This document shows positions 28,153-37,173 of a stretch of 64,000 nucleotides of DNA, one piece after another. This DNA is from a virus. The position numbers and the translations under genes were made by a program. The DNA is taken from positions 5,927 to 69,926 of IMG/VR virus record IMGVR_UViG_3300042987_003836; one strand, written 5' to 3'. Numbering within the stretch: the stretch's first letter is position 1; the number at the start of each line of letters is the position of its first letter. The notes beneath the pieces were generated by a model. It was given only the letters and a program-made list of their open reading frames with translations. It ran no database searches and had not been told where the DNA came from.

Positions 28153-28165
28153 GAAAAAAATTTGT

Positions 28166-28468
28166 TTACTTCTTAGACGAAGTCGCGGCTGCAAGAACCT
28201 TCTTGAGGGCTGCAACAGCCTCTTGCTGTGAGATGCCCTTTTGAGATGCAATCTTCACGACATCTTGAATGAAAGAGGCAAGTGAATCAGCCGTAGTTAT
28301 CTGATCCATTGTGGAGACTAGCGCCTTATTTTGAACAAGTTTACCTGTAGCCTTCTCCGCCGCGGCGTTTCCTTTGATGTCTTTTCCGACATTTGCAGAG
28401 TCCTCTTCTGAAAGTGCAGAAAGTTCTTCTCTTACTAATTTGCGAAGGATAGATTCAGTGATCTTCAT
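28166..28468 (-). CDS. Small protein with an MKITxxxLRKLVREEL leader (candidate internal head protein)
   Basis: 100 aa; ATAATTA 6 nt before the ATG. Confidence 0.7.
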   Translation of the reverse strand: MKITESILRKLVREELSALSEEDSANVGKDIKGNAAAEKATGKLVQNKALVSTMDQITTADSLASFIQDVVKIASQKGISQQEAVAALKKVLAAATSSKK

Positions 28469-28518
28469 GTGTCTTAATTATATGATACACATGAAATTAA
28501 AATTCTAGTATTATGGGT

Positions 28519-28986
28519 ATGAACATATTTGTGCTGTCGACAGATCCAGAAGAAGCTGCAAGGATGCAATGTGACAAGCATGTCGTGAAGATGATCCTTG
28601 AGTCTGGGCAAATGTTATGTGCAGCCCACGAACCTAATGCCGCACCGTGGAGGCGTACTCACTACAATCATCCTTGTACAGTGTGGGCACGGGCATCGAC
28701 AGAGAATTACAAGTGGCTGGCGGCGCACGGTCTGACTCTCTGCGATGAATACACGAAGCGGTACGGAAAGGTCCACAAGGCTGAAGAGGTATTGGTGTGG
28801 TGTGCAGAGAATATTCCAAAGAATGTTCCTGTCGGTAACCTCACACCATTTGCCATCGCAATTAAAGACATCAAGTACCACAAAGAAGACGCAGTGTCAT
28901 CCTACAGAGCGTACTACCTAGGAGAGAAAAGCAGATTCGCAAAATGGAAATATAGCACTCCGCCCGAGTGGTGGATTTCAAGGTGA
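28519..28986 (+). CDS. Pyrimidine-dimer DNA glycosylase family protein (DenV-related)
   Basis: MNIFVL..DP..AA...CDKHVVKMILESGQML, THYNHPCTVW, EYTKRYGKVH, SYRAYY..EK. Confidence 0.85.
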   Translation: MNIFVLSTDPEEAARMQCDKHVVKMILESGQMLCAAHEPNAAPWRRTHYNHPCTVWARASTENYKWLAAHGLTLCDEYTKRYGKVHKAEEVLVWCAENIPKNVPVGNLTPFAIAIKDIKYHKEDAVSSYRAYYLGEKSRFAKWKYSTPPEWWISR

Positions 28987-29016
28987 GACTGCAGATTCAT
29001 GATCATATGTATGATC

Positions 29017-29676
29017 ATGAACGATTCTAAGCGGTGGCGAACACTAATGAAGCGCCTCGCGTACCTTCGAGCTGAGGCATCGGAGGCAGTAGACTCGTTT
29101 GAAGAATCTGTCAATGAAATAGAGACAAGGATCGACAACAAGGAGAATTCATCGGTTGTCGATACTAAAGAAGGCGTAGAAGGTAGCAAGATACCAGTAA
29201 ACGAATCCTCTGTGCACATGACAAAGTTCACAGGAAAAAAAGAGGAGACTTCATCAGGAGCGGCGGCGCACGTCGGGGGCATCATAGAAGAGCCTGCAAT
29301 CACACCTGCTGACGACGATCTTAAGAATCACTACAAGCGATTATGGAGGGTCGTGGCAAAACTTACACATCCAGATGCAGTGGGAAACAATGACGAATTG
29401 ATCTCTCTGTATAAGGCTGCTGCTTCTGCGTACGAAAGAGACAGAAGGGAAGAGCTTTTAGACGTGGCGTCAGAAGTAAATGCACAGCTAGAAAAGCCTC
29501 ACCCGAAGATGTTCGAAGATCTCGACAAAAGATGTGTCCACTATGAATCAATGATAAGAAAGATAAGAGGATCAGTCGCGTGGCAGTGGAAGAATGCACA
29601 AGAAGGAACCAAGCAAGAGATCATCGATCTAATAAAGTCAAAGAGAGAAGAAAAGGCAAAACAATCTCCTGATTGA
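29017..29676 (+). CDS. J-domain (DnaJ-like) protein
   Basis: LKNHYKRLWRVVAKLTHPD with the HPD motif followed by AYE; start uncertain (28999-29017). Confidence 0.65.
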   Translation: MNDSKRWRTLMKRLAYLRAEASEAVDSFEESVNEIETRIDNKENSSVVDTKEGVEGSKIPVNESSVHMTKFTGKKEETSSGAAAHVGGIIEEPAITPADDDLKNHYKRLWRVVAKLTHPDAVGNNDELISLYKAAASAYERDRREELLDVASEVNAQLEKPHPKMFEDLDKRCVHYESMIRKIRGSVAWQWKNAQEGTKQEIIDLIKSKREEKAKQSPD

Positions 29677-29709
29677 TTTTTATCTTTCACGGGGATATAA
29701 TTAATCTTC

Positions 29710-30447
29710 ATGAATGAGAAGCTATTAAAGAGCTACGTTAGATCCATGCTGCTAGAGATGTCTTATGAAGACATCAAAACTTCTAAGGACCCATTAGATT
29801 GGGTGGAAGCAGCTTTTCAAGAACCAGAAGAATGGAACACAAAAGATCCCTTCAGGGCAATGATAAGAGCAGCAAAAAAATTTGGTCTTGAAGAATTTGG
29901 AATGGGATCAAGTAGGTTCGTCTTCAACCTGAAGAACGGAAAAGTTCTAAAAATAGCAAGAAATAGCAAGGGACTCGAGCAAAACAAGCTCGAAGCAGTA
30001 GCAGGTCGAGACCCACATGTTCACTCTATTTTGGCCTCCGTTTACGACGCTTCACCAGAATATGCGTGGCTAGTGGCTGAATTCGTAAATCCTCTCGAGG
30101 ACGGAGAATACAAGACTGCAGAACGGGTGTGCGGAGTCGCATGGTCAGACGTAAGACGTGTCCTCGGCTTGTCGAATAAAGCAGAGATTGAGTCGACAGT
30201 ATCCCAGGTAACAAAGAAGCTTGAGCCAGAAGAATCTCGAAACAGCAAGACAAAAGGTCGAACAGGATCAGACTGTCCAGCAGGCAAAGAATTTCTCGAG
30301 AGTCTCGGAAGCTTCTTGGATCGGTATAGCGGAATGCTCACAGGAGACATCGAGAAGTTATCGTCATGGGGAGTGAATGACAAAGGATGTCTCGTGTTGC
30401 TAGATTACGGAATCACAAGAAAGAAGTTCGAAGAGCTTTATCGATAG
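29710..30447 (+). CDS. Protein-kinase-fold protein
   Basis: GMGSSRFVF (Gly loop), VLKIA (Lys), QNKLE (helix C Glu), GDIEKLSSWG (catalytic loop), LLDYG (DFG-like). Confidence 0.75.
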   Translation: MNEKLLKSYVRSMLLEMSYEDIKTSKDPLDWVEAAFQEPEEWNTKDPFRAMIRAAKKFGLEEFGMGSSRFVFNLKNGKVLKIARNSKGLEQNKLEAVAGRDPHVHSILASVYDASPEYAWLVAEFVNPLEDGEYKTAERVCGVAWSDVRRVLGLSNKAEIESTVSQVTKKLEPEESRNSKTKGRTGSDCPAGKEFLESLGSFLDRYSGMLTGDIEKLSSWGVNDKGCLVLLDYGITRKKFEELYR

Positions 30448-30500
30448 AATTATCTGAGTGTCAGGACCGTCGAATTAGATCGAATATTCTTCTACAGAAC

Positions 30501-30545
30501 AAAAAACAAAAAAGAGGCCACCTTTCGGTGGCCTCTTTTCTTTTC
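30501..30545. terminator. Bidirectional intrinsic terminator between the kinase and major capsid genes
   Basis: AAAAGAGGCCACC-TTTC-GGTGGCCTCTTTT with T-tracts on both sides; GAAA tetraloop on the minus strand. Confidence 0.9.
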
Positions 30546-30560
30546 TCCTATGAGACGTTA

Positions 30561-32420
30561 TCAGATAACGTTCATGTCGAGGACGGTGACCGTTCCGTAG
30601 AAGTCCGAGCGAACGGTCTTCTTGCCGTAGCGGGTCATGACGCCCTTGCGAGGTGTGAAGTCCTCAGGAGCGAAGATCGTCGGTGTGACGATGAGTGGAA
30701 CGTATGGAGCGTAGACGTAGCCTGTCTCGAGGTAGCTGCCGCCCTTGTAGCCGACGAGGATCTTGTTACGCGAGAAGTAAGGATCCTTGTAGACCGTGAA
30801 GCGGTTCGAGAGGGTACCGACTGCCTCTGCACCGATGGTGAAGGGCGATCCGACCTGGCCCTCGCCGTCGAGCGAGAACTTGGGCTTGTAGAGGACCGAA
30901 GCCTCGAGGATTGTGCAAACGTCTGGTCCTGTGACGAGGAAGTTTGCCGATCCGCGGAGGGTCTTACGGTGGATGGTGTTCGCGACGTCGATGATTGTCT
31001 CGATGAGCGTCTCGTACCACTCGCGGACGGTACCGGTGAACTGTGGTCCGATCTGGTATGCGTCGGCAAGGTTCTGGCGTGCACCTGTGACCTTGTTGAC
31101 GAAGCGACCAGGTGAGCGGCTCCAGTAGTAGTTGGCACCGTTGGCCTGCGAGACGAGGTCGTTGAGGATCTCGCGGTCGATCTCGAGGGCGATCTGCTCC
31201 GAGAGGATCGAGGTGAGCTCAACCTCTGCGTCCATCGAGTGATAGGCGTTGAGGTCCTGTGCGAGTTCCGGCGACCACTTGGCGCGGAGCTTACGGGTCT
31301 CAGCTGTGATGCTGATGGCCTCGATCTTGATGTCGATCTCGGGGATGACGGGAGAAGGAGTTGCTCCGAAGTCCGACTCGAACGAGGGGACTGTGACTGC
31401 AGTTCCGACTGCCGATGCGTCGCTCGTGAGAGCTGACGAAAGCGAGTAAGAATAGTCAACTGCGCTTGAAGATCCCGAAAGAAGGGCTCCGTTGGCACCC
31501 TTGACGACCATAAGAACGTGTGTTCCGTTGAGTGCGTCTGGTGTGAATGTGCCAGCGCTCCAGTTGCCACGCTTGTTGAGGCGACGGAGGTTAAGAACTC
31601 CTGTGCCACCCTGGAACGTCTCTCCCCATGCTGTTCCTGGTCCTGCAACTCCCTGGAAGACTGCGATCTGATTGACCGCAAGCTTATCCATGTTGGTGAC
31701 GGAGCTGATTGGAAGAACTGCGAACGAGGCGTCGAGGGTATTCGAAGCAAGTGCATTCTCAAGTTCTCCATCGAAGTCAGCGAATCGGGCGTTTGATCCG
31801 CTGAAGTCTGTGTCTGACTTCATCATCCCGCCAGAAACCCATGCGCCAGCTGCGCCTGACCATGCACCGACTGCTGTGAAAGAAGCGTCGAGGACAGATC
31901 CTGTCACGCGGCTGTAGCCCGTGTTGACGAGGTCGTACATACCGCCGGTAGCGAGCGATCCGCTCTGGACGCCCTTACCGGTTGGGTTGTTGTAGAGCGA
32001 CTGACCACGGGTGTATGTCGAACCTGTCTCACCAGCTGGTGTACCGACGTTCGAACCGTAGGTGTAGTCAAGATAGAAGATGAGTCCCGATGGGAGGCTC
32101 ATTGGCTGGATCGAGACGAGCTCGTTTGCAACGAGACCACCGAAGACTCTGCGAACGATCGGGAATGCGATGTTCGAGAAGCCCTGGATCTGACCCGAAC
32201 CGGCGAGGTTTCCGCCGCCGCTCGAGAGAGCGTTGCTCTCCTTGAGGACCTGAGCTGCCTGGTTCTCGAGGAGCTGGGCCATGACCTCACGGCGTGTGCC
32301 GTCGAGGCCGCGGAGGAGACCTGTGCGGCTCCACTTCTCTGTAAGACGTGCGCGCTCGGCTCCGACGTGCTTCTCGCGGATGCCCTGAGCGAGTTGTTCA
32401 AGACTAAAGTGCTTTGACAT
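30561..32420 (-). CDS. Major capsid protein (T4 gp23 family)
   Basis: LLENQ, FPIVRRV, VSIQPM..PSGLIF, TRKLRAKWSPELAQDL.AYH..DAE.EL..ILS..IA.EIDREI, YAPYVPL, P..F.P.KGVMTRYG. Confidence 0.97.
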   Translation of the reverse strand: MSKHFSLEQLAQGIREKHVGAERARLTEKWSRTGLLRGLDGTRREVMAQLLENQAAQVLKESNALSSGGGNLAGSGQIQGFSNIAFPIVRRVFGGLVANELVSIQPMSLPSGLIFYLDYTYGSNVGTPAGETGSTYTRGQSLYNNPTGKGVQSGSLATGGMYDLVNTGYSRVTGSVLDASFTAVGAWSGAAGAWVSGGMMKSDTDFSGSNARFADFDGELENALASNTLDASFAVLPISSVTNMDKLAVNQIAVFQGVAGPGTAWGETFQGGTGVLNLRRLNKRGNWSAGTFTPDALNGTHVLMVVKGANGALLSGSSSAVDYSYSLSSALTSDASAVGTAVTVPSFESDFGATPSPVIPEIDIKIEAISITAETRKLRAKWSPELAQDLNAYHSMDAEVELTSILSEQIALEIDREILNDLVSQANGANYYWSRSPGRFVNKVTGARQNLADAYQIGPQFTGTVREWYETLIETIIDVANTIHRKTLRGSANFLVTGPDVCTILEASVLYKPKFSLDGEGQVGSPFTIGAEAVGTLSNRFTVYKDPYFSRNKILVGYKGGSYLETGYVYAPYVPLIVTPTIFAPEDFTPRKGVMTRYGKKTVRSDFYGTVTVLDMNVI

Positions 32421-32464
32421 GATTAAATTCTCCTAAAATAGTTTTGTTGGTTTGATTGAATCAA

Positions 32465-34345
32465 TTACTTGATTATTCCCGCCAAGCGTGCCCAACGGTC
32501 AGACTCAAATCCCTCGTTGAGGGTATTGGTTGCCGATGCAGGACGTGCTGGGCGAGATGCTGAGCCGATGACTCCACGATCGGTCGACTCCGTGATCTTC
32601 GTTGTCGATGCCGAGAGTGTCTTCACGAGGCTCTCATACACGAGCTTCACTTCACGTTCCGACTTAGCCTCGTCGAGTCTCTCTATGATTTCAGCCTTCT
32701 GGCGTTTTGTGAGTGACTCATTCTGGAGGAGCTTGTTCGTAAAGAGCAACTTCGCGTTGAACAGATTCGTTTCTGCCAACTTATTGCGGAGATCAGTCTC
32801 TGCCGCGGACGACTTCGGAGCGCCATTGAGGGCCTCTCCCTTGCGGGTTGCCTCTGCGAGCATACCCTTGAGCTTGTTGCAGCGAGCAACAGACTCGTTA
32901 AACTTGGTTGCATAGAAGTTGTAAGCCTCCTTGAGCTTAGCTGACTTCTTCTTGTCCTTCTTCTTATCAGCTTCGGCCTTCATTGCCTTTGCCTTCTTGG
33001 CCTTCGCTTTTGCTTCGGTCTGAAGCTTCATCTCATTGGCGATGCTACGGCGGAGAGATTCATTGGGCATGCGATTCTGCTTGTTGGTCTGCGGATCATC
33101 GTTGCTGTGGTCTGTGGCCTGATGGTAGCCCTGCTCCATCTCATCCATCTCATCCATCTCATCCATCTCGTCGACTTCACCGTAACCTTGCTCCATCTCG
33201 TCGAGCTCTTCCACCTTCTCGCCTGCTTCATCGTCACCCTCAGTGGTGAGCTTAACGTCTGTGAGAGGATCTCCGAGATCGTCGTCCTCGAATTCATCAG
33301 AAACTTCGCCTGGTCCGTGACCTTTCTCGGCGTTCTTTGGCATGTCAGCCGTCTCGCGAAGAGCCTTCATTCTTGCTATTTCGCGGCGGAGCATTGATTC
33401 ATCAATTTCCACAACGGCATCGTCGTCCAATTTTGCAGACTCATCCGTCTCTTCAGCTTCATCTTCGCCGTCGTCGGAACCGAGATCAAGCTCTTCGTCC
33501 GAGTCGGATTCGTCGCCGCCGAGATCAAGATCTTCGCCACCTTCGGCTTCAGGGCTTGCCTCTTCGCCAGACTCCTCACCTTCATCTTCGTCGCCTGTAA
33601 TGAGATCGACTCCGAGCGATTCGAGATCTAGATCGTCGGGCATGCCCGTGAGCTTTAGTGTTACGTCTGCTTCTGAAAGTGTGTTCTGGTTTTTCTTCAT
33701 TTTCTGCTCCGTGAGCTGCTTGAGGGTTGAATAATAATTTTCAAGAATCGACTCATAAGAGCTCTTCTTGGGGCAATCCTGCAGGTTATTCTGCAAGTAC
33801 GAATACGTATCCTCTACTTCAGCAACAATTGAAGAAAGTACGCTTTCGAATCCTTTAGATTCCCTTACGAGAGAACCTGTCTTGGTCACAAGACCTATTT
33901 TCTTGTTGAGGGATTCCAACTTAAGATCAAATTTTGAATCTCCAGAAGAGCCAACTAAAATTCCAAGAGATTCAACAGATTCTAAACTAAGCTCATATTG
34001 ATCTTCGCAATTGTCAGCGGCATTTAAGGAATCAAGGTCAAGAGTAACTTTTCCTTCTTCGTCAGGCATCGAGACAGCCGCAGACATGACAGAAGAATCT
34101 CCTTGATGAGACAAAGGTGAAACAGGAGGATTTTCAAGCGCTTCTGGGCTTGGCGGTCCCTGATCCTTTAGAATGTCTTCTGGATCTGCTTCAATTTCTC
34201 CGAGCTCACCGAGAAGCTGATTTTCTATGAGGTCCCTTATTCTAGGCGTAACTGCCTCGAGGAGAGCTCTCTTTGCATTATCTTCAGCTACTTCCTTCAG
34301 CTTCTTCACGTCTGCTAAAGCTTCTTCGTACAATTGCTTAGTCAT
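32465..34345 (-). CDS. Prohead core / scaffold protein (gp22-like position)
   Basis: Acidic and coiled-coil; NLFNAKLLFTNKL; ends RWARLAGI; immediately upstream of the capsid gene. Confidence 0.75.
   Translation of the reverse strand: MTKQLYEEALADVKKLKEVAEDNAKRALLEAVTPRIRDLIENQLLGELGEIEADPEDILKDQGPPSPEALENPPVSPLSHQGDSSVMSAAVSMPDEEGKVTLDLDSLNAADNCEDQYELSLESVESLGILVGSSGDSKFDLKLESLNKKIGLVTKTGSLVRESKGFESVLSSIVAEVEDTYSYLQNNLQDCPKKSSYESILENYYSTLKQLTEQKMKKNQNTLSEADVTLKLTGMPDDLDLESLGVDLITGDEDEGEESGEEASPEAEGGEDLDLGGDESDSDEELDLGSDDGEDEAEETDESAKLDDDAVVEIDESMLRREIARMKALRETADMPKNAEKGHGPGEVSDEFEDDDLGDPLTDVKLTTEGDDEAGEKVEELDEMEQGYGEVDEMDEMDEMDEMEQGYHQATDHSNDDPQTNKQNRMPNESLRRSIANEMKLQTEAKAKAKKAKAMKAEADKKKDKKKSAKLKEAYNFYATKFNESVARCNKLKGMLAEATRKGEALNGAPKSSAAETDLRNKLAETNLFNAKLLFTNKLLQNESLTKRQKAEIIERLDEAKSEREVKLVYESLVKTLSASTTKITESTDRGVIGSASRPARPASATNTLNEGFESDRWARLAGIIK
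33125..33204. repeat. 9-bp coding repeat (DEM)x4 and duplicated DEMEQGY
   Basis: About 4 copies of TCCATCTCA at 33135-33169. Confidence 0.8.
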
Positions 34346-34385
34346 GTTTACTCTTTCTTACTGTTGGCAATCTCTAAGTATAATA

Positions 34386-34949
34386 TCAAACAGAGGATTT
34401 TCCAGGAGTAAGTGTTTCTCCCAGCGTAATATTGCTTCTTTCCTCATTTGGTGATCTCGTTCCTGAACCCTCAGCGCCTGGTCTATAGTTTGGTTTGACA
34501 TCGGCGGCAGAAATATCAGGATTTACATTCTTGTCTATTCCGTCTGTCCTAACGGTTCCAGGAGCGCCAGGCCCTGGAGATGTTACGTCTGGCATGTATG
34601 GATTGGCCGGATCTCCAGGATTCGTCCAAGCAACGTCTGCAATATTTGGAGCTTTACCATAAGAAAGATCGACTCCTGACGGAAACATCCCAAGATCTCC
34701 TGACTGAACTCCAGACTCAGGAAGAAGACCCGTCTGATTATTTCTCGCTCTTTTTACAGCGGCCTCAGCAGCCTTGTTATTTTCAGTTTGCGGATTAGAC
34801 GACTCTCCGTAGAAACTTGCAATTCCAGAAATCAGCGTATTAGCACGTTGATTGAAAAGCTTCCACAAAAGCGAGTAGCGCGAACCAGCACTTGTAGTAG
34901 TGGCTGCGGGAACATAAGTTGTATATCTACCTTTACCTGGTGCGCTCAT
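34386..34949 (-). CDS. Hypothetical head-module protein (Pro/Gly-rich)
   Basis: Start MSAPGKG at 34949 with AGGAG SD. Confidence 0.7.
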   Translation of the reverse strand: MSAPGKGRYTTYVPAATTTSAGSRYSLLWKLFNQRANTLISGIASFYGESSNPQTENNKAAEAAVKRARNNQTGLLPESGVQSGDLGMFPSGVDLSYGKAPNIADVAWTNPGDPANPYMPDVTSPGPGAPGTVRTDGIDKNVNPDISAADVKPNYRPGAEGSGTRSPNEERSNITLGETLTPGKSSV

Positions 34950-34970
34950 TTGACTGCTCCTAAATAACAA

Positions 34971-35216
34971 TTAAATATTTTTCGAGAGACGCTTCTTTGT
35001 CTCTTCGATCTTTGCGAGGCGGCGTCTAAGACGAGTCTCTTCGATCTTGAGAGCCTTCATGAAATCAATGTGCTTCGCTGCTACTTTTTCACTTCCAAGT
35101 TCATCAGCGTCCACCTCTTCTGTGTCTTTTGCTCTGTCCTCGGTAGACTCCATTTCGCCGAACTTGGCGACTTCCTCTGCTATGATTCTTCGAAGTAACT
35201 GGCTTGTAAGTTTCAT
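34971..35216 (-). CDS. Small head-module protein with an MKLTSQLLRRIIAEEV leader
   Basis: 81 aa; GAGG SD; ATACTTA upstream. Confidence 0.75.
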   Translation of the reverse strand: MKLTSQLLRRIIAEEVAKFGEMESTEDRAKDTEEVDADELGSEKVAAKHIDFMKALKIEETRLRRRLAKIEETKKRLSKNI

Positions 35217-35262
35217 ATTAAAATCCTCACTTAAACGGTAAGTATATCCAAACAGAAAAAAT

Positions 35263-35688
35263 TTACTTTTTTAGAGGCGAATCCATGAATGCAAGAGAGG
35301 CCCACTTGGAAGCCACGTCATCTCCAAAAAGATCTTCAGGATTAACTCTTGCAACAACTTGCTCTGCTAAGCCGCCGCCGACGGCTGCAGGAACGGGTGA
35401 CTTACCTTCATTTTGAAGAAAAGACGGAAGTGTCGACGCAGCAGTATCTGCAAAAATATCTTCCATTATCTTGTTACCACCAGCCTCTCTACGTATCGTC
35501 TCCTTCAATCCTGACGAAATTGTCTTTTGCTGCTGCCTTTTTAAGTTCTCTGTAAACGGTACGGGTAAAGATGCTTGACGCATTGATGAATTTTTTGAAC
35601 CTTCTAAAGAAGCGCCGAGACCTTCACTGAGTAATTCAACAAGACATTCTTTGACAATAGACTTTAATTCAGATTTTGTGATTTTCAT
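35263..35688 (-). CDS. Head-module protein with an MKITKSELKSIVKECL leader
   Basis: 141 aa directly downstream of the protease. Confidence 0.75.
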   Translation of the reverse strand: MKITKSELKSIVKECLVELLSEGLGASLEGSKNSSMRQASLPVPFTENLKRQQQKTISSGLKETIRREAGGNKIMEDIFADTAASTLPSFLQNEGKSPVPAAVGGGLAEQVVARVNPEDLFGDDVASKWASLAFMDSPLKK

Positions 35689-35700
35689 CCCGCACAGTCC

Positions 35701-36312
35701 TCATTTCTTTAGTGTCAAAATATCGTTAATAATTCTATCAATTCTATCAGATTTATTAAATATGTTTCTTAATTCACTTGAATTAATTGTACGACCCTCA
35801 GGTATCATGAATGCTCCGGGGGTTGATGGCTCAGAGACGTAATCCCAGCATATGAGTTGAAAATCATCTTGAACGACATGATAATCACCTTGCTTCTTGA
35901 CTGATCCTACTCCTCTCGAAGAAATTCCAAGCTTAACTCCGCTCTCGACCAGCGATTGAAGTATTTTTCCAGAAGGAGTGTCTAGGAGCTCCACGGTTCC
36001 GTAAACAACACCCCGATCCAAGTAGGCTTCTTTAATAACGTGGGACACGTTCTTGAGATTAACAACCGATGAGTCGGGGTGGTCTAATTCTCCGAGCGCT
36101 CTATTCTCAGCAATGAATTTTTGATAATTGCGTACCTCTCTTTCAAGAACAGACATCGGATAGATTCGACCGTTCTGATTGAGAGTGTCTGCCTTTTGAA
36201 GGATACCCTTCATTAAAACTTTTCCGTTATTCTTCTCTCTAGATTCCTTGATCATATCAGGAGTATAGTCGAAGACTTCGTAAGAATTAAGTAGTTTGAG
36301 GTCTTGTGCCAT
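35701..36312 (-). CDS. Prohead protease (T4 gp21 family)
   Basis: NQNGRIYP, ALGELDHP, VSH, TPSGKI, LGISSRGVGS, D.VSEPSTPGA. Confidence 0.95.
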   Translation of the reverse strand: MAQDLKLLNSYEVFDYTPDMIKESREKNNGKVLMKGILQKADTLNQNGRIYPMSVLEREVRNYQKFIAENRALGELDHPDSSVVNLKNVSHVIKEAYLDRGVVYGTVELLDTPSGKILQSLVESGVKLGISSRGVGSVKKQGDYHVVQDDFQLICWDYVSEPSTPGAFMIPEGRTINSSELRNIFNKSDRIDRIINDILTLKK

Positions 36313-36317
36313 TGTGA

Positions 36318-37172
36318 TCACTCCTTAGCTGTCAATTCGTCATTAAGTTTTGCATAAAGCATAAAACGTGTAACTGTAGAATCATCTACAGAATCGAGTG
36401 TCTCTTCAAGAAGAACTGATTTCGTCTCCGACAGCTTATTTTTAAGATACTCGTTTTGTACCTCAGACTTGTAGCCATCAATAAGATTTACAAGATCACT
36501 CTTGATCTCTTGAAGTTTCATCTTAATAGACGTCTGATCATCCGAGGCTGTAGAGTAAGCATAAGCTTTTATGAGAGATTTTTGATGCTCATTAAGAATT
36601 CCGTTGTACTTCTCGTTAAGCTTCTTGGTCATGACTTTCATGAGAAGTCTTGCTGAGCCTGAAGTATCTTCAGATATCGAAGTATCTGGTTTCTGTATTT
36701 TTTCTGAAACGAGATGCTTCATAACGTGGTCTTCGTACTGAGCCATTCTGTAGAGATCTTTGTCTGCTGAAGACCATTCATTAATCAGGGTCTGAACCGT
36801 AGCAAAAAGTCTGTACTCATTTACGTGCTGATCATAAAAATCTTCATCATTCAAGACGTGATTTATGTTTCTTATAAGAATCGACTTCTCCCTGTCGAGC
36901 TTCTGAGCATCAAATCCCCCGACAGAATTTTTTGCTTCACTCAAGATAGAAGCAGCTGTATGCTCAGAAGATACCGTCGTCTTAACAAGGGCATTCATAA
37001 GCCTAAATTCTTTGTAGATTTCCGTCCCGGGCCTGAAATGCTTTTTTAAGATTTTAAGCGCAGAAGCTGATTTCTTCTTATCGTCATCTATGATTGACTT
37101 GGAAATAGTCCTTACGAGAAACTCGTATATGAGTAAGCTATTTCTTCTCTTGTTGTGCTTATTTACGGCCAT
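36318..37172 (-). CDS. Hypothetical head-assembly protein
   Basis: 284 aa between portal and protease; KHNKRRN..LIYE.LVR start. Confidence 0.7.
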   Translation of the reverse strand: MAVNKHNKRRNSLLIYEFLVRTISKSIIDDDKKKSASALKILKKHFRPGTEIYKEFRLMNALVKTTVSSEHTAASILSEAKNSVGGFDAQKLDREKSILIRNINHVLNDEDFYDQHVNEYRLFATVQTLINEWSSADKDLYRMAQYEDHVMKHLVSEKIQKPDTSISEDTSGSARLLMKVMTKKLNEKYNGILNEHQKSLIKAYAYSTASDDQTSIKMKLQEIKSDLVNLIDGYKSEVQNEYLKNKLSETKSVLLEETLDSVDDSTVTRFMLYAKLNDELTAKE

Positions 37173-37173
37173 T

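Noticed and set aside
30635-31771. 378-aa same-strand alternate-frame ORF inside the capsid gene
   Set aside because: Ser/Arg-rich product expected from high GC3, which suppresses stops in that frame
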